This document shows positions 7,986 to 17,630 of a stretch of DNA of 25,558 nucleotides, one piece after another. The position numbers and the translations under genes were made by a program. Origin of the DNA: Candidatus Velthaea sp. (lineage in GTDB: Bacteria > Vulcanimicrobiota > Vulcanimicrobiia > Vulcanimicrobiales > Vulcanimicrobiaceae); the NCBI GenBank assembly GCA_050012475.1, contig JBEKHC010000077.1:1-25558 (forward strand). The letters are read 5' to 3'. Position 1 is the stretch's first letter, and every line of letters begins with the position of its first letter. The notes below the pieces were generated by a model. That model made no database searches. It was not told the DNA's origin and was given only the letters and a program-made list of their open reading frames with translations.

Positions 7986-9068
7986 ATGCTCTTGGAGAAC
8001 GTTCGCCTCGCAAACTTTCGCAATTACGTGAGCCTCGACGTCGAACCGGCGCCGGGGCTCAATATTTTTTACGGGGCGAACGCGCAAGGGAAGTCCAATT
8101 TTCTCGAAGCGATCGCGATGCTGGCGACGGGAAAATCCTTTCGCGCCCACCGGGAGGCCGAATTGGTGCGCACCGGCGCCGCTCTGGCCGAGATCGGCGC
8201 GGAGGCGCGGATCGCCGCCGGGCGCGTGCGTTTGCGGTGTGCGATCGACCGGACGGCGGGCGGGACGCGCAAGACGTTCGACGTCAACGGCGCCGCGGTG
8301 GGCTTTGCGCGTTTTCTCGGCCGCGCGCGGGTCGTCACCTTCGTGCCGGCCGATCTGGCGCTGGTTTCGGGCGGGCCGGCGGTACGGCGCACGTTTCTGA
8401 ACGTCGCGCTTGCGCAAGCCTCGGCAGCCTACTACCGCGATCTGGCGCGGTATCAAAAGACGATCGCTCAGAAAGCGGCGCTGCTGCGCGGCGCGGTGGC
8501 ACCCGATCGCGATTTGCTGTTGACCTATAACGACGAACTCGCCAGGCCGGGCCGCGCGCTGATGGCGGCGCGCGCTTCGTTCGCGACGGATTTGGCGGTC
8601 GCTGTCGCGCAGATCTACGGGCGCTGGAGCGCAACGCGCGAGCGGGTCGAGGTGCGCTACGCGCCAAACGCCGGCGAGGAGGATCTTGCCCAAGCCCTGG
8701 CTGCCAACGTCGAGCACGAACTACGCCGCCGCCAGACCCTGATCGGCCCGCATCGTGACGATCTGCGCTTGGAACTCGAGGGACGGCCGCTGGCGGCGTA
8801 TGGCTCGCAGGGGCAGCAGCGCACGGCGGTACTTGCGCTCAAAGTTGCCGAATACGAGGTGATGCGCGCGCGGGCGGGCGATGCTCCGATTCTGTTGCTC
8901 GATGACGTTCTCTCCGAACTCGACGCGCAGCGCGCCGGGGGGTTCCTGGCTGCGCTGGGTTCGTTCGAGCAGGCCTTTCTCACGACGACCGAGTTGCCGC
9001 ACGGATTCGCACCGGCAATGACGGCCTTTTGCGTGCGCGAGGGGCGCGTGGCACGACGGGAATGCTGA
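7986..9068 (+). CDS. recF: DNA replication/repair protein RecF
   Basis: NFRNY, GANAQGKSNFLEAI, GGPAVRRTFL, GPHRDD, GSQGQQR, PILLLDDVLSELD. ATG 7986. Confidence 0.97.
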   Translation: MLLENVRLANFRNYVSLDVEPAPGLNIFYGANAQGKSNFLEAIAMLATGKSFRAHREAELVRTGAALAEIGAEARIAAGRVRLRCAIDRTAGGTRKTFDVNGAAVGFARFLGRARVVTFVPADLALVSGGPAVRRTFLNVALAQASAAYYRDLARYQKTIAQKAALLRGAVAPDRDLLLTYNDELARPGRALMAARASFATDLAVAVAQIYGRWSATRERVEVRYAPNAGEEDLAQALAANVEHELRRRQTLIGPHRDDLRLELEGRPLAAYGSQGQQRTAVLALKVAEYEVMRARAGDAPILLLDDVLSELDAQRAGGFLAALGSFEQAFLTTTELPHGFAPAMTAFCVREGRVARREC

Positions 9069-9919
9069 CCCGGATCGACGACGCGCTCGTTACGTGGGCC
9101 CCGCGTACGGGCGGCGGGGATCCGTTGACCATCGTCCGCGCGGCATGGAGCCGTCTCGTCGGAAGCGACGTCGCGCGCGCCGCCGTGCCGGTCGCGTTGG
9201 CCAACGATACGCTCGTGGTCACGACGAGTTCGAGTGCCTGGAGCCATCAACTCGCGTTCCTCGAACCGCAAATCGTCCGCGGCATCAGCGAGTTGGTCCC
9301 GGCCGGGACGATCGTGCGGTTACGTTTTCGCGTCGGTACGATCCGGACGAAGCCCGGCGGGCGCGCCGCCGCGGCGCGCAGCCCGGCGCGTAAGAACGAT
9401 GCAGCTGCGGACGCCGCTGCGCCGCTGGATGCGCAGGAAGCGTTCGCGCGCTTTCGCGCGGCGGTCATGCGTTCACGCTCGGCGCACGCCGCACGCGGGG
9501 GACGCTTTTGCGCGGGCTGCGGGGCGCAGGTGCGCGCCGGCGGCGAGCGCTGTGTGCCCTGCGCGGACTGGGCCCGCGCCGGACTTGAAGCGCGCTGCCA
9601 GCGCTTGCTTTTCGACGCTCCGTGGCTGCGGCCGCAAGACGTCCTGGAAGCACTGCCCGAACTCGACGCGGCGACGTACGATGTCATCCGCCGCCGCCTG
9701 CTTCGCTCATGGTGGGACGAAATGGCGCTCGCGCGCCGGCGCGCCGAGTTGCCGCGGCCGATCGCTCCCGACCGAGCGCGGCTGCGCAAGATCGCCAGCT
9801 CGTACGTCTTGCTCGAAACCAAGCTGCACCCCAACCGGCTGCAAATGGACTCGCCCATCCGACGCAATGCGCTGGGCGAACTCTACGAATTCATCCGCAA
9901 GGTCGAACGGGGCGAGTAG
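9062..9919 (+). CDS. DUF721/DciA-family helicase loader-like protein with C-terminal Zn ribbon and helical extension
   Basis: AWSRLVGSDVARAAVPVALANDTLVVTTSSSAWSHQLAFLEPQI...LRFRVG matches the DUF721 pattern; canonical recF-gyrB position; ATG 9062 overlaps the recF stop; CAGC-x10-CVPC. Confidence 0.85.
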   Translation: MLTRIDDALVTWAPRTGGGDPLTIVRAAWSRLVGSDVARAAVPVALANDTLVVTTSSSAWSHQLAFLEPQIVRGISELVPAGTIVRLRFRVGTIRTKPGGRAAAARSPARKNDAAADAAAPLDAQEAFARFRAAVMRSRSAHAARGGRFCAGCGAQVRAGGERCVPCADWARAGLEARCQRLLFDAPWLRPQDVLEALPELDAATYDVIRRRLLRSWWDEMALARRRAELPRPIAPDRARLRKIASSYVLLETKLHPNRLQMDSPIRRNALGELYEFIRKVERGE

Positions 9920-10015
9920 CGGGGATTCGCGGCCCGGGGCGACACTAAACGCAACGATTGCGTCAAGCGATCGTCACAAATGAGGTATGCGTGCTGAGTT
10001 TTCACGCACGTCTAA

Positions 10016-11953
<1,938 letters not shown>

Positions 11954-12006
11954 TCGCGCCGTCGACGTGCCCGCGGCGGAGGGCGCCAGCCGCTCCGGGC
12001 GCTCGG

Positions 12007-12023
12007 TAGAATCTTGTAAGGAG
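12007..12023 (+). promoter_or_regulatory. Candidate -10 element and Shine-Dalgarno upstream of the tamB-like gene
   Basis: TAGAAT 12007-12012 followed by TAAGGAG 12017-12023; no clear -35. Confidence 0.4.
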
Positions 12024-12055
12024 CAGCGTGCGCTCTTGCACGTTCACCGCAGAAG

Positions 12056-15000
12056 ATGAAGACCGACGGCCGCAATCGTCCGGACGCCGGCGTGCGGGTT
12101 TCGCCTAGCGCGTCCGCCGGGCCGTCGGGCCGCAGGCCGGGATCGCGGCGCCTCGCGATCGTCGCGGCGCTCGCGTGCCTGTTCGCCGTGGCGGCGTTCG
12201 TCGCTCGCCACGCGATCGTCGGCGCAGTCCTCAAAACCGGCGTCGCGTTCGCGACGGGGGATCGCGTGCGCATCGGCTCCTTCCATCTCGGCTGGACGGC
12301 CAGCGTGGTGACCGGCCTTGACGTTCGCACGCGCACAGACGACCCGTTGCTGGAAGCCCGGCGCGTCGTCCTGCGTTATTCGCTGCCGGATCTGATCACG
12401 CAGCGAGCACGACGCTTTGGGCTTTCCGCGCTGAGCGCCGACGGCTTCGTCTTCACGCTCGTACGGCATGCCGACGGGACATACAACGTCGGCTCGGGTT
12501 CGGGAGCGGGAGGGACCGGGGCGTCAGGCAGCGATCGCGCGCCCGGCGTGCCGTGGGATCTGGCCTTGCAGGTTCGCGACGGCGAGATCCGGCTCGTCGA
12601 CCGCGGCCCGGTGCTGGGCGATCTGGCCGAACAGCGCATCGTGGGCCTCGCCGTCGACGGGCGTCTCCGCTCCGCCGGCCGCTCGGATTTCCACGGGGGC
12701 GCCCGGCTGATCGGCCGCCAAACGCAGACCGCGGCCGTCCAGGCGTGGCCGATCGCGCTCGACGGCATGGTCGACGTTCCCCGCGGTGCGGCGAACGTCC
12801 GCGTCGCCGCCCCGGAGCTGCCGGTGCGCGGCGCGCTCGGTTTTCTTCAGCACAGCAGCGCCGTCCGGGTCGATGACGGCTTGCTGCACGCCCTCGAGAT
12901 CCGGATCTATGCGCTCGACATCGCGCCGCATCAACCGCTCGAACTGCATGTCGGCGGCCAGGCCGACCTCACCAGCGGCCGCCTGGCAATCGCCGCGCTG
13001 CGGAAACCGGTCCGCGACATGCGCGGCCGGATCACGCTCACCGACGACGGCGTCTGGGCGACCCGGCTGGACGCCACGATCGGCCGATTCCCGGTCGTCG
13101 CGCGCGGAGGCGCCTTCGACCGGCTGCATCCCACCTTGCGCCTGGGGCTGCGCGCCGATGCCGACCTCGATGCCCTGCGCGAGCTCTTCGCCTTTTCCCA
13201 ACATCAGCCGGTGCGCGGCGCAGCCCACGTCGAGACGCTGCTGGAGGCGCCGGTCGCGAACCTTCTCATTCGTTCGGCGCTGCGCATTCCGCACGGCAGC
13301 TATGCCCGCTCGCCGCTTTCGGACGTCACGGGGCGGGTCGATTACCACGCGGGCAGCGTCGTCCTCGACGGCGTGCGCGGGCGCTACGGCGCGGCGACGC
13401 TCGGGGTCGGAGCGCGCTTTCTGCTTGGCGGACCCGCCTTGGACTCCGCGGTCGTGGCCTCGGCCAGCGCGCCGGGCCGGAGCATTCCGTACGCCGAGAA
13501 CGTCGCGCCCGAAGCGTCGGTCGATGCCCTGGCGCTCATCACGGGCGGAGCGGACGGCTACCGGGCCCGCGGCGCGCTGGGGCTGGCGAGCGCCGACGTG
13601 ACCGGGAACGGGATGTTCGCCATCGACGAGCGCGGCGTCGGAGAGTTCGGCCCGTTCGCCCTGGCGCGCCGGGACGGCTCGTCGCTCATCGGCGCGCTGC
13701 GGCTCGAACGGCCGACCTCGCAAAGCGCGGCATGGATCTCCGCGCGGGCGTATCGGGTCGCGGTCCCGTCGATCGCTGCCCGCTTCCCCGGACTAAGCGT
13801 TCCGGCTTTCCCGCCGGTCGCGGGGGTGATCGACGGCGAAGTCGCCGGTGGCGGGCCATCGGACCGGTTCGGCTTGACTGGAGAGCTGCGCGGACGAGAT
13901 CTGCGTGTTGCCGGCGCGCGCCTCGGCCGCGGACGCGCTCGGCTGGGCGGTAACCTGGCCGATCTGCGGCTGGAGATGCTGGAGACCGACGGTCCCGTCG
14001 GACGGTTTCGCGGAACGGCCGCGGTGTCGAGCTCGGCATTCGCACTGCGGGGAGCGTACGATGGGTCGCTCGATCGGCTCGTTCCGTTCACCGGCCGGCA
14101 ACAGGCCCATGGCGCGGTCCGGGGCGAGGTGCGTGCCACGGTGGATGGCGGCGACGTCGTCGTGCAATCTCCCGGTGCTCGTCTGCAGAACGGCAGCGTG
14201 CGCGGCGTGGCCCTGGATTCGGCCGCTGGGACAATCGCGGTCCACGGCCGGACATTTCACCTCATCACGGCGACGGGCAGCGTCGGGGGCCGGCATGCGG
14301 TGGCGGCCGAATCAGCCGGGAGGGTCGCGGTTTCGGCTCCCGACCTTCCCTCCGCGGCGTTTCGCGGAACCGGGTTGCCGCTCGATGCGGGAAAGGTCTC
14401 CGCCTACGGCGTCGCGGACTTGCGCGGCCGCTCGCCGCGTTTTGCGGGAACGCTGGCCGTCACCGACGGACGCGCTCACGGCTATCGCATTGCGGGCGAC
14501 GCGCGCATCGATTTCGCCGGGTCACTGGCCCGCATCGCCGGGGCAACCGGCGCACTGGGCTCGACCTACGGACGGCTCGACGGCTCGATCGACGGGATCG
14601 GCGCGGGCGCGTTGCGTTACGATGTTGCCGCGCGCGTCCCGTTCGGCGACATCGATCTGCTGCGCCGCGACTTGAACTTGCCCGCGCGCAATCTGGCTGG
14701 AACGTTCGACGCCGATCTCCACGTGCACGGCACTGGGGCCCGGCCGTTCGTGGAAGGTCTGGTGCGCGCTCCGGAGGGCCGGTACAACGGGCTGGCGTTC
14801 CGCGCCGCCGCCGCGCAGATCGTGCTCGACGGCGACGGCGTCGCCGCGCGTGACGGGACGATCACCGTGGGCTCGACGACGGCCACGGTTGCCGCCAGCG
14901 TCGATCGGGGCGCGTTCGACCTCTCCGCGCATGCGGCGGCGGCCGATTTGGCCGACTTCAACGACTTTTTCGATGCCAGCGATACCCTCGCGGGCCGCGG

Positions 15001-17368
15001 CCCCATTGGGTTCAGCGTGGGAACCGCCGGCCGCCGCCTGACGTCGAGCGGCCAATTCGATCTCCAGGGCTTGCGCTACCGCACCTTCGCTCTGGGCCGG
15101 GCGAACGCGCAGTGGCGGACGCGCGGCGGGACGATCGCCGGTCAAGCGAGCGTGGAGAACGCGGCTGGAAAGTTCGACGCGACGATGGCCGTCACGCCGG
15201 CTGGGGGGAGCGATCTCCGGCGCGCCTTCGCCGCCGCGAACTACGATGCGCGGGCAACCTTCGCGGGTATCGAGCTCGGCACGTGGCTTCCCGCATTTGG
15301 CTCGAGTGCGCCGGTGGCGGGGCGGCTCGACGCCCGCATCGGCGTTCGCGGCCGGCTTCCGCAGCTGGCAGCCGATATCGACGCGACCCTGGCCGGCGCA
15401 GTCGTCAACGGGTTCGCGGTGAACGCGGCGCACCTGCGCGCGCAGAGCCGCGGCTCGATCGTCGAGGTGCGATCGGCCGACGCCGATCTCGGCTTCGCCC
15501 AGCTGGCGGGAAACGGGAAGCTGGGCTTGAGCTCGACGGATCCGCTGGCCTTCGATCTGCGGGTGACGAGCGACGACGTCGGGATTGCCGCGCGCGCGTT
15601 CGTACCGGCGACGCGCAGACTCGATCTGGCCGGCGCGCTCGATGCCGATATTCGAGTCGGCGGGGTGCGCGGCGCCCCAAAATTCCAGGGAGGTTTCGAT
15701 CTGCGCGACGCCCGTTACGGCGGATTCGTCGTCCCCCGCACGATCGGGGCGTTGGCGCTGGCGGGCCGGGCAGTCGAGCTGCGCGACGTCGATGTGGAGT
15801 TCGAGCGCGGTCAAGCGTTCGTTGCCGGATCGCTGCCGCTCCAGCTACAGCCGCTCGGCATCGGGCCGCCGCGCGCTCCGCTGTCCGTCGACGTGACCGC
15901 GCAGGATGTCGACCTCGCGCAGTTCGCCCCGCTGCTCCCGGCCGGAACGAAGCTGGACGGAGCCGTCAATGGGCGGTTCGGGGTCGAAGGCACGGTCGAT
16001 CGGCCGCGCCTGTTGGGTTCGCTGACGGTTACGAACGGATCGTACGCCTCGCCGTTCGAGCGCGCCCCGATCGAGAACGTCGGCGCCAGCGTCAGCTTCG
16101 CCGGCAGCCGGGTGGCGCTGCGGTCCCTGCACGCCGATGTCGGCGGCGGGACGCTCGACGCCGCCGGGGCGCTGACACTGCCGCTGGGAAATCAGACCGG
16201 AGCCCGCTATCGCGCGTCGGTCGAAGCAAAAGCGGCTCGGCTCGATTTCCCGGCCTACGGTCGCGGAACGATCGACGGCAAGCTCGAGGTCGCCGGTGGG
16301 GGCGCCCAGCCGGTCGTGAGCGGTCAGGTGACGCTGCGCGATGCCGTGATCCCGGTCTCGGCGGTCTACGGCAGCGGTTCGGCAGCCGGCACTGCGGCCG
16401 CCCGTGACCTGCGCTGGAATCCCGCGTTTCACCTTCGCGCGATCGCGGGGGACAACGTGCGCGTGCGCAGTTCAATCGTCGACATCGGGGCCGAGGGAGC
16501 CGTCGATCTCAGCGGCGATCTGCGTGCTCCGCGCCTGGCCGGCAGTTTCTCGGCCACCGACGGAACGATCTCGAGTTACAACCACGTGTTTCGGATCGTC
16601 AACGCCGCGGTTTCCTTCAATCCGGCCGACGGCGCGATCCCGACGGTCCAGGCGCGCGCGATGTCGCGGGTCACCAACCCCGACCCCGACCCCAGCCGGA
16701 ATATCGCGGGCAGCGCCAACATCATCGTGACCGTGAGCGGAACTGCCGACAACAACAACCTGCAGGTGACGTACTCGTCGGATCCCGCGTACTCGCAGGA
16801 GCAGATCGTCGGCTTGCTCCTCGACGTGCCGGCGCTCTTGGGGGCCGTCAACTTCAATCTCAACGGCGGGCCGGGCTCGCCGGTCTTACGCGGTGCCCCG
16901 GGCGAGACCAACGCGCTGCTGCCGCCGGGCGTTACCCCCGAGCAGGTCAGCGCGATCTCGTTCAACCAGGAAGTCTTCTCGCTGCTCAACGGTCAGTTCA
17001 CCCAGCGCGCGCTCAGCCCGATCGAGCGCGTGTTCGAGAAAACCCTGGGCCTGTCGGATATCCAGTTCACGGTCGACTACGGCGGCGGAATCGGGTATTC
17101 GCTGCGGCGCCAGATCGGCAAACGCGATTTCTATGCCTTCTTGAGCCAGACCGTCAGTTATCCCGAACGCACCAATCTGGGCTTCGAGCTCGAGCCCAAG
17201 CCGTACGAGGCCCTCAACTTCAGCTACTACGAGCAGAACGGGATCACGTCGCTGATCACCAACCAGACCCCGGGCGAAGAATTCCTCAATTCGACCCGCC
17301 GGTTGACCAGCGTCCAGCCGCTCGGCAATCGCTCGGGCGTCTCGCTCAATTTCAACCGCCGTTTTTGA
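12056..17368 (+). CDS. tamB: TamB/AsmA-like periplasm-spanning beta-taco protein
   Basis: 1770 aa; single N-terminal hydrophobic anchor (LAIVAALACLFAVAAFVA); repetitive Gly-rich amphipathic beta strands; DUF490-like C-terminus (LSGDLRAPRLAG, YSSDPAYSQEQIVGLL); directly upstream of an Omp85 gene. Start uncertain. Confidence 0.85.
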   Translation: MKTDGRNRPDAGVRVSPSASAGPSGRRPGSRRLAIVAALACLFAVAAFVARHAIVGAVLKTGVAFATGDRVRIGSFHLGWTASVVTGLDVRTRTDDPLLEARRVVLRYSLPDLITQRARRFGLSALSADGFVFTLVRHADGTYNVGSGSGAGGTGASGSDRAPGVPWDLALQVRDGEIRLVDRGPVLGDLAEQRIVGLAVDGRLRSAGRSDFHGGARLIGRQTQTAAVQAWPIALDGMVDVPRGAANVRVAAPELPVRGALGFLQHSSAVRVDDGLLHALEIRIYALDIAPHQPLELHVGGQADLTSGRLAIAALRKPVRDMRGRITLTDDGVWATRLDATIGRFPVVARGGAFDRLHPTLRLGLRADADLDALRELFAFSQHQPVRGAAHVETLLEAPVANLLIRSALRIPHGSYARSPLSDVTGRVDYHAGSVVLDGVRGRYGAATLGVGARFLLGGPALDSAVVASASAPGRSIPYAENVAPEASVDALALITGGADGYRARGALGLASADVTGNGMFAIDERGVGEFGPFALARRDGSSLIGALRLERPTSQSAAWISARAYRVAVPSIAARFPGLSVPAFPPVAGVIDGEVAGGGPSDRFGLTGELRGRDLRVAGARLGRGRARLGGNLADLRLEMLETDGPVGRFRGTAAVSSSAFALRGAYDGSLDRLVPFTGRQQAHGAVRGEVRATVDGGDVVVQSPGARLQNGSVRGVALDSAAGTIAVHGRTFHLITATGSVGGRHAVAAESAGRVAVSAPDLPSAAFRGTGLPLDAGKVSAYGVADLRGRSPRFAGTLAVTDGRAHGYRIAGDARIDFAGSLARIAGATGALGSTYGRLDGSIDGIGAGALRYDVAARVPFGDIDLLRRDLNLPARNLAGTFDADLHVHGTGARPFVEGLVRAPEGRYNGLAFRAAAAQIVLDGDGVAARDGTITVGSTTATVAASVDRGAFDLSAHAAAADLADFNDFFDASDTLAGRGPIGFSVGTAGRRLTSSGQFDLQGLRYRTFALGRANAQWRTRGGTIAGQASVENAAGKFDATMAVTPAGGSDLRRAFAAANYDARATFAGIELGTWLPAFGSSAPVAGRLDARIGVRGRLPQLAADIDATLAGAVVNGFAVNAAHLRAQSRGSIVEVRSADADLGFAQLAGNGKLGLSSTDPLAFDLRVTSDDVGIAARAFVPATRRLDLAGALDADIRVGGVRGAPKFQGGFDLRDARYGGFVVPRTIGALALAGRAVELRDVDVEFERGQAFVAGSLPLQLQPLGIGPPRAPLSVDVTAQDVDLAQFAPLLPAGTKLDGAVNGRFGVEGTVDRPRLLGSLTVTNGSYASPFERAPIENVGASVSFAGSRVALRSLHADVGGGTLDAAGALTLPLGNQTGARYRASVEAKAARLDFPAYGRGTIDGKLEVAGGGAQPVVSGQVTLRDAVIPVSAVYGSGSAAGTAAARDLRWNPAFHLRAIAGDNVRVRSSIVDIGAEGAVDLSGDLRAPRLAGSFSATDGTISSYNHVFRIVNAAVSFNPADGAIPTVQARAMSRVTNPDPDPSRNIAGSANIIVTVSGTADNNNLQVTYSSDPAYSQEQIVGLLLDVPALLGAVNFNLNGGPGSPVLRGAPGETNALLPPGVTPEQVSAISFNQEVFSLLNGQFTQRALSPIERVFEKTLGLSDIQFTVDYGGGIGYSLRRQIGKRDFYAFLSQTVSYPERTNLGFELEPKPYEALNFSYYEQNGITSLITNQTPGEEFLNSTRRLTSVQPLGNRSGVSLNFNRRF

Positions 17369-17426
17369 GGGGTGTTTGCGGCCGCTCACAAGGCCGTCAC
17401 AGACCAATCGTGTAACTTCGGGCGCG

Positions 17427-17452
17427 GGAACGCGGCTCGGGATTTGCGCGTT
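17427..17452 (+). promoter_or_regulatory. Candidate ECF sigma factor promoter upstream of bamA
   Basis: GGAAC (17427-17431), 17-nt spacer, CGTT (17449-17452). Confidence 0.5.
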
Positions 17453-17581
17453 ACTCCCACGACGCGTCGCGAAAAACTAGGGTCGCGCGCGCATGCGATG
17501 TACCGGGACAGACGTTTCTCGCAGGCGCGGGTCGGAGCTTTATTGGCTGCCGATGCCGGTGTGTCGCGGCGACGTTCGACG

Positions 17582-17613
17582 GCCGTTTCCGGTAGTGCCG
17601 TTTCCGGTAGTGC
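17582..17613 (+). repeat. Exact 15-bp tandem duplication in the bamA leader
   Basis: GCCGTTTCCGGTAGT at 17582-17596 and 17597-17611, plus GC. Confidence 0.9.
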
Positions 17614-17630
17614 AGTAAGGACGTAAGAGC

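Noticed and set aside
12524..16407. Long alternative-frame and antisense ORFs within the tamB-like gene
   Set aside because: Stop-poor shadow frames of GC-rich coding DNA with no motifs.
17372..17626. 84-aa ORF in the tamB-bamA gap containing AVSGSAVSGS
   Set aside because: No RBS or domain; the repeat merely reflects the 15-bp DNA duplication, and the region is better explained as promoter and leader.
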